DNA of 64,000 nucleotides from an uncultured Planctomycetia bacterium (GCA_964483625.1 CAZABB010000001.1:3222-67221), one strand, 5' to 3'. Shown: positions 28,841 through 38,572, counted from the stretch's first letter. Translations and numbers: made by a program. Notes: generated from the letters alone by a model not told the origin.

Positions 28841-30622
28841 TTATTTTTTCCGGCCGTCCGAATTCAACAATACATACACAATGACTTTTATGCGGCCGAA
28901 ATCCTTTTTTTCCACTCGAGTAAAATGTGAATCGAAATATGCGAGAAAATCATGATTCTGCGCCCAGGATGTATATATAACATATATTTTTCTGGGTATA
29001 AGGATATTGCCAGCTGTTTCGAAATGATATTTTTCAAGAAAATTACGCAACGATGCAGTCCTGTCGGTATCATACACATCAGGATGCAATTCTCTGATGA
29101 AAGAATGAAGAGCTTCTTGCTTCACCGGAGAAAGCCATCGATCTAGATCCGAGTATAGGCGCCAGTTCCCGCCTATTTCCTGCTTCAGATCTTCTTCTGA
29201 AGCGAATTCGAACGAAATTGCCTCCAGTAAAGTGTATAGTTTCTCGAAGCCGAGGGTCCTGGTTTTTATTTCTTTTCGTGCCTTTTCGTTGAAATTATAC
29301 CATAAGGAACGCACCTGATTATCGGGAAATACGACTATTCGATCGCCGGAAGAGAGATGTTGATCGATCAAATATCCACTCACGGCTTTCCATGGCATTT
29401 TTGTCTGCCGGTGATAAATCTGGTTCAACGCCGGGATCATTAAAAGCATAATGCATAGAAGGATCCCGACAAAAAGACGGGAATTCTTTATGCCGTATAT
29501 ACCTCTGGCGATGAGGATATCAAACGCGGGGAGAACGATGAGAAAATGCCGGATGGTATGAATAGGAAATACCAATATTGAAAAACCGTATGCTGTTACG
29601 ATGGGAAACATAAGCCACAGGATGAGAAAAAATACGCTTCCCGGGTCGGTGAATAGGCTTTTTTTCCTCTTTTTCTGACTTTCGCAGTCATCCGGTACAG
29701 AAATGGATCCCGCCGGCTTCAGACTAGAGAGCAGACCAAAACCACCGATGATAAAGAAAATAAAGATGAGATAGTGCGGCAGGATAAGAGAAGAAAAATC
29801 CATAAGGAAATCCTCCCCTCCCCATCCATAATGTTGTCCTCCGTAAACAAAGGTTTTCCATAAATTCAGAAGAGTATGCTGACGGATCCCTCCCTCCATA
29901 TTCATCCATGACAATATCCCCTTGATACGATCAAAATTGCAGAAAGTGAAAACAAGATATGGAAGACAGGGGAAGACAACACCAATATTGACGAGGATCC
30001 ATCTGAGCCGATACCGCCGTATTTTAAAAATAAAGAATATATTTAAAAAAGCCAGAATAAAAAATCCATAGAAATGGGCATTGAGAAGAAGAAAAGCACA
30101 AAGAGAAAAATAAATATAATCCCGCCAAAGGTGGCCGTCCTGCACGATTCGTAAAAAGAATAAAGCCGTAAGCAGAGTCAGAAAGGTCGCAAATACGAAC
30201 GCCCCGATTTCCTGGGAGTAAAAAATATGGAAGGGGGATATAGCGAGCAAAAAAGCACTGAGTATCCCCGTTTTCTCCCCGTAAAGCCGACGGGCCACAC
30301 AGTATATGAGAAATAAAGAAAACGTGCCGTAGAGGACGGAAGATATCCGCAGCGCCACGATGTTTTCTCCCCAGAAATTGATCCAGATTCTTAAAAAATT
30401 CTTATATAAAGGAGGGAAGGTGTCCCAAGCAAAAAAATACTCAAAAACATCGGGAATGCTCCGAGTCGCTCTCCATATAAGGCTGGCTTCATCGTACCAG
30501 ACACTTTCACTGCCCAGAGCATACGTACGTAAGAGGAATCCCCCGCATAGAATCCCCGCAAGAAAAAGGAACTTACGCAGGGAGAGAGATGAATTTTTTT
30601 TCAAATTTTCGCATTTCATCAT
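28841..30622 (-). CDS. GT-C fold glycosyltransferase, ArnT/PMT-like (paralog of the protein at 11191..12783)
   Basis: At least 12 TM helices. The N-terminal loop motif LRTYALGSESVWYDEASL parallels YRLDANDLWYDEAVS in the other GT-C protein. Confidence 0.7.
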   Translation of the reverse strand: MMKCENLKKNSSLSLRKFLFLAGILCGGFLLRTYALGSESVWYDEASLIWRATRSIPDVFEYFFAWDTFPPLYKNFLRIWINFWGENIVALRISSVLYGTFSLFLIYCVARRLYGEKTGILSAFLLAISPFHIFYSQEIGAFVFATFLTLLTALFFLRIVQDGHLWRDYIYFSLCAFLLLNAHFYGFFILAFLNIFFIFKIRRYRLRWILVNIGVVFPCLPYLVFTFCNFDRIKGILSWMNMEGGIRQHTLLNLWKTFVYGGQHYGWGGEDFLMDFSSLILPHYLIFIFFIIGGFGLLSSLKPAGSISVPDDCESQKKRKKSLFTDPGSVFFLILWLMFPIVTAYGFSILVFPIHTIRHFLIVLPAFDILIARGIYGIKNSRLFVGILLCIMLLMIPALNQIYHRQTKMPWKAVSGYLIDQHLSSGDRIVVFPDNQVRSLWYNFNEKARKEIKTRTLGFEKLYTLLEAISFEFASEEDLKQEIGGNWRLYSDLDRWLSPVKQEALHSFIRELHPDVYDTDRTASLRNFLEKYHFETAGNILIPRKIYVIYTSWAQNHDFLAYFDSHFTRVEKKDFGRIKVIVYVLLNSDGRKK

Positions 30623-31658
30623 CGGACAGAAAATTTCTATTCCGGCACCGCACCGTTTCCCGGGCCTGAGTAATATTCCAGCCGTAGGCCCGTAGATACG
30701 CGGTTATTTTTGATCCTTCCTGAGTATACCCCCTCGCCTGGAATGTTTTTTCTTCTCTGCCTTCTATCCATATCTTTATACGGTATAATCGATATTTTAC
30801 CATACCGTATATTTTACCCAGATCATATATCCATATCCAACACATACACAGGATACTGTGATTCTTTATCAGGAATCGCATCCTGTTACGAGTCACATAA
30901 TAAAATCTATTTTCCTCCTCCTCTTCGGAGCTGAAGGTGTGAAGCGCTCCGGTACGAGAAGTGATGAAATTCCTATACCCTCTTCTCTGCAACCTATAGC
31001 CGAAATCTTTATCTTCGGAAGGATATACGAAATACGGATCAAATCCTCCCGCTTCTAAAACTCTCTTCTTTTCTACCATGCAATTACTCGTGGGGACATA
31101 CGTGCATTGCCGATTCGTTTCCCCGCGTCCGCCTTCCACATTAACATATGTATCCAAGGAATCTCCTCCCCGCGTTACATTGACGCCATGAACCTGAAGA
31201 AGGGCCCCGGCGACGAAAAACGCCTCCCCTCCGACTTCAGCCGTACTATGATGTTTACGCAACCACGCCACCATATTCTCTATCATCTCTGTGCAGATCA
31301 ATTCCGTATCACTGTCAAGGAAAAGAAGGTATTGACCGCGGGACTTTATGATCCCCCTGTTTCGCGAATAGGAGGGACCGTACCTGTATTTATTCCTGTA
31401 TATGACAACTTCAGAGAAGGCCGCTGCGATATATTGGGACGTCCCGTCTTCGCTATGGTCATCAACCACTATGATCTCGCTCTGCCGATACGACTGCTGT
31501 TTCACAGAAGCGATACACCTGCCCAGCAGATACTTTCTATTTAATGTAACGACGATAACCGAAACCAATCCTTCAACGTATTCCATACACGAATCTCCTC
31601 CCCGTAAAACCGGAAACGATTCCTTATCAGCGAATGAAGATATACTCCCTGGGCACAA
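30573..31658 (-). CDS. GT2 family glycosyltransferase
   Basis: VSVIVVTLNRKYLL..EIIVVDDHSEDGT..LFLDSDT. The likely start is the internal Met at 31586 (MEYVEGL). Confidence 0.85.
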   Translation of the reverse strand: MCPGSISSFADKESFPVLRGGDSCMEYVEGLVSVIVVTLNRKYLLGRCIASVKQQSYRQSEIIVVDDHSEDGTSQYIAAAFSEVVIYRNKYRYGPSYSRNRGIIKSRGQYLLFLDSDTELICTEMIENMVAWLRKHHSTAEVGGEAFFVAGALLQVHGVNVTRGGDSLDTYVNVEGGRGETNRQCTYVPTSNCMVEKKRVLEAGGFDPYFVYPSEDKDFGYRLQRRGYRNFITSRTGALHTFSSEEEEENRFYYVTRNRMRFLIKNHSILCMCWIWIYDLGKIYGMVKYRLYRIKIWIEGREEKTFQARGYTQEGSKITAYLRAYGWNITQARETVRCRNRNFLSDDEMRKFEKKFISLPA

Positions 31659-32662
31659 CGGCAGTTCTTTGTCTCTTTGAGGGTTAATTTTGCCGCATCC
31701 GTCCCCATTATTTCGGAAAACGTGTGAGCCTTCAAGTTGCCTACCGGACGGATGAACTCACACAGACTCATGTCTCCGTTGGGAAAAATCACTATGGTAT
31801 CCAGACGGGCCCGGCAGGCACGAGTAAGTTTTCCTTCCATCAACCTTAGATAGAGCTCATTCCTGATTCTGTCTTCTTTTGTCCAGAACCGAAATCCTGA
31901 TTTTCCGGATAAAGACTCCAGCCTCCGCAGGAAGCTTTCGTATTCGGGAATGGATAAAAACAGGTCGCGACGAAGAACGGTCAGATCACGCAACAGGGAT
32001 ATGTCGGCGTGAAAGACGGAAACATCGGCACTTTTCAAGGGAGAAAATTTTGCTCTGACCTTTTTCTTTCCCAGATAGCGAACCACGTTATCTATATCAG
32101 TATAGTTTGCCTTCATAACCGGGAAGCATACGGTAACACGGAGATTTTTATAGCGGCGTCTGAGCTGAACCAACCGGTCCAGAGTACGATCCATCTGTAA
32201 AAATGAATCACCCACTCCGCTTATTTTATTATGTACCTTTTCCGTCCCCAAGAGAGAGACCTGAATGAACATGGTATTACGGGGAAAATCTTCCATAACG
32301 TTCCTTACGGTTTCCTCAACCCGGCGAGGGAAATATCCGTTGGTATTAATTTCGATCGTTCTGGCTCCCGTGCCTGCGAGGAAATGCTTACAGATGGCAG
32401 AGATATCCGTCCGTACAAAAGGTTCGCCTCCCGTTAAACTTACGAACCTCACCCGGGGCAGCGCCCGAATTATTTTCTTAATATCTTCCCTAGGAGGATT
32501 GAACCCACCCAGCTGTTTTTGATAAAAACAGTGGATGCACCGGCAGGCACATTGATTTGTGACGTAAAAAATCACATCCTTGGGACGATGTATCCAAAAT
32601 TTCTTCAACACCTTCATCGTGAAACGAAAACACCGCAGATGCCTCTTTGGGAAAAATGACAA
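31541..32662 (-). CDS. radical SAM enzyme with SPASM-like C-terminus
   Basis: YVTNQCACRCIHC and TGGEPF motifs. C-terminal Cys cluster (LCEF..GNL..EIM...CRC). The likely start is at 32617 (MKVLKKFW). Confidence 0.8.
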   Translation of the reverse strand: MSFFPKRHLRCFRFTMKVLKKFWIHRPKDVIFYVTNQCACRCIHCFYQKQLGGFNPPREDIKKIIRALPRVRFVSLTGGEPFVRTDISAICKHFLAGTGARTIEINTNGYFPRRVEETVRNVMEDFPRNTMFIQVSLLGTEKVHNKISGVGDSFLQMDRTLDRLVQLRRRYKNLRVTVCFPVMKANYTDIDNVVRYLGKKKVRAKFSPLKSADVSVFHADISLLRDLTVLRRDLFLSIPEYESFLRRLESLSGKSGFRFWTKEDRIRNELYLRLMEGKLTRACRARLDTIVIFPNGDMSLCEFIRPVGNLKAHTFSEIMGTDAAKLTLKETKNCRCAQGVYLHSLIRNRFRFYGEEIRVWNTLKDWFRLSSLH

Positions 32663-33901
32663 TTATTTTAATGCCAGCTTACAACAACGATGACAGACCG
32701 AAAAAAAATCATTCTTGGCAAGAACGTTTCTGAATAATCTCATGTTCTTGCCTCCCCATATATCTTTAAGCGATTCCTGCACGGCATTGCCTATTTTGAA
32801 CGAAATACCGCAAGGGTACACGTCTCCGCCGGGAGAAATTTCCAGCTCCCGCCAGGGGACACGGCATTTTCCGGCGTACGAGACGCTATCGTAATTATAA
32901 TAATATTCATGTATTTCCTCTTCTCCTATTTCGGGACGGAAGAATATTCTTTTATCATACTTATTTTTTATTGTGACGACGATACGAGCCAACTTTCGCG
33001 TATCTATCTGAACTTCCTCAACGCTTACGTTGTCTCTCGTAACAACTTTCCCAAAATATTGATGTGTGACAAGACAAAACTGTTTCTGGGCGTTACGGGT
33101 AGTAAATCCAAGGTGCTCGAAATAAATATCCACCGCCGGATGGGATCGTCGTATCTGGCACACGAAATCCTCCAACGTCTCGTAATTTTTATCCGAAATA
33201 ACGCAGTTCACCGAGATATTGCCGACGGGAACTCCGGATTCGAGCAACGCCCGCATAGTATCGGTCGTTTTCGCGAAAGCCCCTTTATACCCTCTGATAC
33301 GATCATGCACATCGGAGAGGCCGTCTAAGGAAAGAGAAAACCGTATATCCTTCAGAGTGGCAATTCGGGAAATCATTGACCGGGACAGAAGAGTCCCGTT
33401 GGTCCGAACCGTAATCGGGAAACCTGATACACTCAAAAACCGCAAGATTTCTCCCATATCCTCACGACAAAACGGTTCTCCTCCCGTAATCGTCACGGTA
33501 GGCAACGCGAAAGAAAACCGGTATTCGTGTCTTATGCGGGAAAATACTTTCTTCATCATTCCCAGGGGCAACTCTGTAGCGACAATGGTTCGGGAAGAGC
33601 GACTGTTGACGAAAGGGCACATGGCGCAATGGAGGTTGCACCGATAGGTAACTCGTAATATTATCGAGGAAGGCAAACCGCCGATGCTCTTATTCCAGAG
33701 GACAGAAATTTCTTTTCGCGAGAAGGGCTTTACGAGTTTTACGTTCACGGTATATTTACCGATACACGGCCGGTAGAAAAGAACGCCGTACTCATCCGCA
33801 TGAGGTTTTCTCGATAATATAATCTTCCAATACCATACAATCCATCCCGCTTTCCTGAAAACAACGCACTGCATCGTCGGGAGTACAGACGATCGGTTCA
33901 T
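32663..33901 (-). CDS. radical SAM enzyme with SPASM domain
   Basis: LRVTYRCNLHCAMC and TGGEPF motifs. C-terminal region CRVPW..PCG...GNAVQESLKDIW...CHRCC. The longest ORF overlaps the upstream gene by 110 nt. A GTG start at 33748 would remove the overlap, but no good SD was seen. Confidence 0.8.
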   Translation of the reverse strand: MNRSSVLPTMQCVVFRKAGWIVWYWKIILSRKPHADEYGVLFYRPCIGKYTVNVKLVKPFSRKEISVLWNKSIGGLPSSIILRVTYRCNLHCAMCPFVNSRSSRTIVATELPLGMMKKVFSRIRHEYRFSFALPTVTITGGEPFCREDMGEILRFLSVSGFPITVRTNGTLLSRSMISRIATLKDIRFSLSLDGLSDVHDRIRGYKGAFAKTTDTMRALLESGVPVGNISVNCVISDKNYETLEDFVCQIRRSHPAVDIYFEHLGFTTRNAQKQFCLVTHQYFGKVVTRDNVSVEEVQIDTRKLARIVVTIKNKYDKRIFFRPEIGEEEIHEYYYNYDSVSYAGKCRVPWRELEISPGGDVYPCGISFKIGNAVQESLKDIWGGKNMRLFRNVLAKNDFFSVCHRCCKLALK

Positions 33902-35483
33902 CTCTCAGATTGAAAGACGTGTTTAACACAAGAGGAACCCCGCTCAAACGGAAAAACGCGTCTATCAAACCCCAGAACCGAGGCGACGTTCCCCGACTCA
34001 CCGTCTGAACCCGTGCCGTTCCATCGACATGAGTGACCGCAGGGATGACCGGCCGTTTTTCCGACAAAACGCTTGCCGTCAACAACATAAACGGTGAATT
34101 CTGTTGTATGGCAAAATAATCCGTTGCCTTTTCTTCCAATACCGCAGGCGCATACGGCCGGAAGGGTTCCCGTTTCTTTACTTTTTCATTCAACAGTCTT
34201 TTCATGTGAGGATGGCAGGGATTTGCCAGAATTGATCTGTTTCCCAATGCCCGGGGACCGAACTCCATTCTCCCCTGGAACCAACCTACGATTTTATTCT
34301 TGACTAATAATCTGGCGACATATTCCTCCCGAGTCGTTTTCTCCATCTCTCTAAAAGCGATATCGTGAGAAGACAAAACCCTCCGTATCTGACGTGATGA
34401 ATACCGCGGCCCCAGATAGGCATGGTTCATGATGTGTTTCCTTCGCCCGCCGAAAAGATTATAGTAGAGGTAAGACGCCGCTCCCACGGCGCCGCCGCTA
34501 TCCCCGGCCGCCGGCTGTATAAACACCTTTTTGAACGGAGTCTGTTCAAGGATTTTCCCATTCAGAACACAATTGAGAAAGATTCCGCCGGAAAGGCACA
34601 GAGAATCTATTTTTATCTCCTCGTAAAGATTGCGGATAATCTTTATCATTGTCTCCTCCAGAAATACCTGCAGACTCGCCGCGATATCACAATGACGTTC
34701 TGTAATCGCATCTTCCGGTAAACGTTCGGGGCCGAAGACCTCTGTGAATTTTTTGCCGTACATTTTCGTACCCCGGACAAAATTGAAATACCGCAGGTCC
34801 AGCCGGAAACTACCGTCGTCTTTTGCTCTTACCATGTTTCTGAATGTATCGGTATAGCACGGTTTCCCATAGGCGGCCAACCCCATTACTTTACCTTCTC
34901 CGCGCAATGCGGCAAATCCCAGATATGTGGTTACCGTCGTATACAGCAGACCCAAAGAGTGAGGATACTTTATTTCTCTCAGAATCTTAATCTGGTTGCC
35001 TCGTCCGACGCCGCAGGTCGTCGTCGTCCATTCACCTACCGCATCAGCGGTAAGAATAGCGGCCTCAGCAAAAGGTGACGGGAAAAAACTACTGGCGGCG
35101 TGAGACAGATGATGTTTGACAAATCTGACTTCTCGTTCGAAGCCGAATTCTTTTTTTAGCATGAGCGGTAATGCCAACCTGTCCTGCAACCACGCCGGCA
35201 TGGTATTGAGAAATCTCTCCAGTGAGAACGGATAGGCATGTATATGGTCGACGACCGTCCGATAAAATTTCAAGAAGGGTTTTTCGTAGAATGCTACACA
35301 GTCGATATCCGAGAAGCCTATGTTTCCTTCCTGAATACAGTAGTGTATCGCCTGCGTGGGGAAATCGGAAGAATTCTTGTTGCGGTTAAACCTCTCCTCC
35401 TGGGCGGCCGTAACGATTTCTCCCTCTCTCAGGAGACAAGCAGCCGCATCGTGATAATGACATGAAATACCTAAAATATTCAT
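33792..35483 (-). CDS. carbamoyltransferase, NodU/CmcH/TobZ family (Kae1-like + YrdC-like domains)
   Basis: N-terminus MNILGISCHYHDAAACLL..EERFNR (ASKHA fold, HxH metal motif). The ~560 aa length and C-terminal domain are typical of O-carbamoyltransferases. Confidence 0.85.
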   Translation of the reverse strand: MNILGISCHYHDAAACLLREGEIVTAAQEERFNRNKNSSDFPTQAIHYCIQEGNIGFSDIDCVAFYEKPFLKFYRTVVDHIHAYPFSLERFLNTMPAWLQDRLALPLMLKKEFGFEREVRFVKHHLSHAASSFFPSPFAEAAILTADAVGEWTTTTCGVGRGNQIKILREIKYPHSLGLLYTTVTTYLGFAALRGEGKVMGLAAYGKPCYTDTFRNMVRAKDDGSFRLDLRYFNFVRGTKMYGKKFTEVFGPERLPEDAITERHCDIAASLQVFLEETMIKIIRNLYEEIKIDSLCLSGGIFLNCVLNGKILEQTPFKKVFIQPAAGDSGGAVGAASYLYYNLFGGRRKHIMNHAYLGPRYSSRQIRRVLSSHDIAFREMEKTTREEYVARLLVKNKIVGWFQGRMEFGPRALGNRSILANPCHPHMKRLLNEKVKKREPFRPYAPAVLEEKATDYFAIQQNSPFMLLTASVLSEKRPVIPAVTHVDGTARVQTVSRGTSPRFWGLIDAFFRLSGVPLVLNTSFNLRDEPIVCTPDDAVRCFQESGMDCMVLEDYIIEKTSCG

Positions 35484-35676
35484 ACTTTACCCTCTCCGCA
35501 GGCCTAAATTCCGGCGTAAATGAACGTAACGACAACCGCCGGCCCCAGATAATAGGCTAACAATACCAGAAGAATCAACAGAAAAAAGAGCGGAGTTAAA
35601 AAGTACACCTTATGCCGCCTAATCATATATATCGTTTCTTTGAATATATATATCATTTTTCCCATATTCGCATTCT

Positions 35677-35895
35677 TTACGATTGCCGCAGACTATTGTC
35701 GGCATCAGGCTCATAACCGTGGGGAGAACACCAGAACGTATTTTCCGGACGTTCTCTCCTGCGCCCGATAAGAAAATAATATATACACATGCACACAGCG
35801 GTTATCCCCACACCGATGATGTACACAATGACCAACGCCATCTTAAGACAAGTTTTCCGCACGGATTGCATCAGACTCCGCAATCTCCGTTTCAC
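35677..35895 (-). CDS. small hypothetical membrane protein (72 aa, one TM helix)
   Basis: The ORF sits directly between the amidotransferase and carbamoyltransferase genes and has a hydrophobic core (LKMALVIVYIIGVGITAVCMCIYYFLIG). A second 40-aa hydrophobic ORF lies on the minus strand at 35515..35630 (MIRRHKVYFLTPLFFLLILLVLLAYYLGPAVVVTFIYAGI). Confidence 0.35.
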   Translation of the reverse strand: MKRRLRSLMQSVRKTCLKMALVIVYIIGVGITAVCMCIYYFLIGRRRERPENTFWCSPHGYEPDADNSLRQS

Positions 35896-35898
35896 GTT

Positions 35899-36912
35899 CT
35901 AGCTCTCCCCCGATAACGGCGGATATCCTTCGCAGCCTATTCCTTTCAGTACGTTTCTGACGGTTTCTTCTCCGAAATTCATTGCTAATTTCTTCTCCGC
36001 TTCCTCCCGGCTGAACTCTCCCAGCCGTATGCGTTTACTCAGTTCGATATGGTAATGCGTGTATCCATAATATTTCATCGTCAGGTATACACTCACAAAA
36101 TTCATAAGACAATTCGTCGAACCCGCCGGATAACTGAGACGGAGCGCCCTCCACTGAAGTTCTGACTGAATGCAGACGATGATCTTCTCTTCATCCCACG
36201 GTAGATACCAATGAGGTGAGATCTCTCTCCCTTTGAACTTCTTTCTCCCCCTGCATATTGCCTCCTTCATGCTAAGAGGAAAATTTTTATAGCGGGAGGT
36301 CTTTCGCATATGCCGGGCGACGAAATCGGCCGTTGCCTGCGACATGGAACGGTACTCCTCACCACTTTCACCTCTTTCTATAGTTTGACCTTTTGTCCAG
36401 CCCCCGATTATCAACGGGATTTTATACTTTGCCGCAAGATCATACGTACTCTGCATATACCAGATCGCACACACGTGACAAACAGGCGCTTTCGTCTGTG
36501 TGCGTATCATACGGGAAAATATATCTTTCATGGAATCGCTTCTGAAATAGATCCAATCGACTCCCAGGATACGCACGGCTCGTTTTACGTTCTCCAGGGC
36601 TTCCTCGTTTTCAAATCCATGGTCAAACGTAAAGGCGAGAGGATTCATCTTATATCTTTTTTTCATACAGTAAAGACTGAACACGCTGTCTTTGCCGCCG
36701 CTGCACATGACCAGACAATCATAAGCGGCGCGGCCTTTGTATTTTTTGAGCAGTTTCAGTAATTGCGATTCTTGAAAATCAATGCGGGATCGCTGAGATT
36801 TCATGTGTTCAAATTCACGGCATATATTACATACCCCCGCCTCATTCAGCCGGATGTCCGGCGTATATTCCGGTAATACACATTTTTTACACCATTTGAC
36901 ATGCCTATTCAT
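35899..36912 (-). CDS. N-acetyl sugar amidotransferase (WbpG/PseA-like PP-loop ATPase)
   Basis: N-terminal zinc-ribbon (CKKC...CNIC) and PP-loop motif CSGGKDS, in a glycan-cluster context. Confidence 0.75.
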   Translation of the reverse strand: MNRHVKWCKKCVLPEYTPDIRLNEAGVCNICREFEHMKSQRSRIDFQESQLLKLLKKYKGRAAYDCLVMCSGGKDSVFSLYCMKKRYKMNPLAFTFDHGFENEEALENVKRAVRILGVDWIYFRSDSMKDIFSRMIRTQTKAPVCHVCAIWYMQSTYDLAAKYKIPLIIGGWTKGQTIERGESGEEYRSMSQATADFVARHMRKTSRYKNFPLSMKEAICRGRKKFKGREISPHWYLPWDEEKIIVCIQSELQWRALRLSYPAGSTNCLMNFVSVYLTMKYYGYTHYHIELSKRIRLGEFSREEAEKKLAMNFGEETVRNVLKGIGCEGYPPLSGES

Positions 36913-38572
36913 ACTGCTTCTTTTTCCCGGACAAGAGCTTTAGTTCTAAAATCTTTGCAGTCACATTCCTAGCCATAATTCCATACCCCCGGCCGTTACA
37001 ATGATTGTCGAACACAAAATAGTCTTTGGGGCGTTCCCCTTGGTTCCAAAGTTCCTGAAAGGTACTTTCCTGATCGACCAAAGGCACGTCGTATTCCTTA
37101 GCGACCTCTCTCAAGATCCCGTTAATGGCATGGAAGACCGGGTAATTCTGCAGGACCAATTTCACTTTTTCCCGGCGGCATATCTCTACGAACTCTCCCA
37201 AATCAGAACGGATCCAACGACGAACGATCTCATCTTCATCTTGCCTCCGGAATGACCTGACATAAGCCGCCGCGTCCGGAGAGAGACGTTCGAGAAAAGC
37301 TCTCATCTCATCATTATCTGTTTCTCTTGTGGTGTAAATTCTCAGAATACGATAATAGTTCAACCGGTTCTCAGGATCGGCTTCTATCCCTTTTTTAAAA
37401 TAGGCGACTGCCTTCCCGTAATCTCCCTTTTCTTCATAGATTTGCCCCAAATACGTATAACTGCTGCCTTCGGAAGGATCCGCCTTCAAAGCCCGTATGA
37501 ACCACCGTATTGCCTTTTCATTATCTCCCTGCTCCCTGAATACCCGAGCCAGTTCAACGTAATTCTGAGCGTTGCCGGGATCATTACGTATTCCTTTGTG
37601 AAACCACTGACAAGCCCCCTTATAATCTTCCTGATCTTTATGTACCCAACCGAGACCGCTGTACAGATTCCCGTTACCGGAGTCTATATGCAATCCTTTT
37701 TTGAACCACATTTCTGCAATATCATAACGCCCCTGGTCTCTATATACCCATCCCAGCCCGTTATAATTACGACTATTGCCGGGATCGATGTCTATTCCTT
37801 TACGAAACCATTCGATTGCTTTCCGATAATCTTCCTGATCTTTACATACCCAGCCAAGACCGTTGTAGAGATTGCTATCTCCAGGACTTACCGCCAAACG
37901 GTCTCTAAACCATATCCTGGCCTTTTGATACCTACCTTCTTCGTGATATCTCCATCCATCACGCGAACCAGAAAGATCACGTTGCCCCGCTGGATTACAA
38001 CGGCGAGAGATCCGACCGACTGCTTTGGGAATTTTATCTTTTTCTGCGACTCTATCCCGGACTATCCTGCCTTCTTTATTATACCATAACAGCTTTACCA
38101 GCCTATATATTCTGATGCGGTAAAGCTGATCGTTAATCCAGGAACCGAGAGTCTGCCTCTTCTCGTATCTGCGATACCCCCAATAATTCCAATAGTTGGC
38201 GCCGCCGGCCAGAAGGACAATAACGTCCGGCCTCAGAGTATCTATGGTACGTGGGAGTTCATGTAAAATCTGAGCAGTATTGTGCGCGGAAACCCCTTTA
38301 TTCAACACCTGAATTTCTTTATGCGGAAAGTAGGTCGTAATGATGCTGCTTGCCTGCCGCGGCATGGTTTGAGACGAAGAAGCTCCGACCCCGTAGGTAA
38401 AAGAATCTCCCAAAAACACGATAGTATAGGCCGTCTTCCCGCCCTGAGTCACCTCAGGAGAGAGAGAGGGTCTGGCCCGGCGATGGGCATCTCCTACCAG
38501 ACGCAATCCTATTTCCCACAGGAAAACAGCAATACATACCCCAAGAAAAAGTACTTTTAACCGCTCCTTCAT
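36905..38572 (-). CDS. membrane-anchored SGNH hydrolase with ~6 TPR repeats inserted within the catalytic domain
   Basis: N-terminal TM helix. SGNH block I IVFLGDSFTYG and block III region (LLAGGANYW). Then ~6 x 34-aa TPR units (GLGWVyrDQGrYdiAemWFkKGl...). C-terminal block V FVFDNHCNGRGY (DxxH). Confidence 0.7.
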   Translation of the reverse strand: MKERLKVLFLGVCIAVFLWEIGLRLVGDAHRRARPSLSPEVTQGGKTAYTIVFLGDSFTYGVGASSSQTMPRQASSIITTYFPHKEIQVLNKGVSAHNTAQILHELPRTIDTLRPDVIVLLAGGANYWNYWGYRRYEKRQTLGSWINDQLYRIRIYRLVKLLWYNKEGRIVRDRVAEKDKIPKAVGRISRRCNPAGQRDLSGSRDGWRYHEEGRYQKARIWFRDRLAVSPGDSNLYNGLGWVCKDQEDYRKAIEWFRKGIDIDPGNSRNYNGLGWVYRDQGRYDIAEMWFKKGLHIDSGNGNLYSGLGWVHKDQEDYKGACQWFHKGIRNDPGNAQNYVELARVFREQGDNEKAIRWFIRALKADPSEGSSYTYLGQIYEEKGDYGKAVAYFKKGIEADPENRLNYYRILRIYTTRETDNDEMRAFLERLSPDAAAYVRSFRRQDEDEIVRRWIRSDLGEFVEICRREKVKLVLQNYPVFHAINGILREVAKEYDVPLVDQESTFQELWNQGERPKDYFVFDNHCNGRGYGIMARNVTAKILELKLLSGKKKQYE

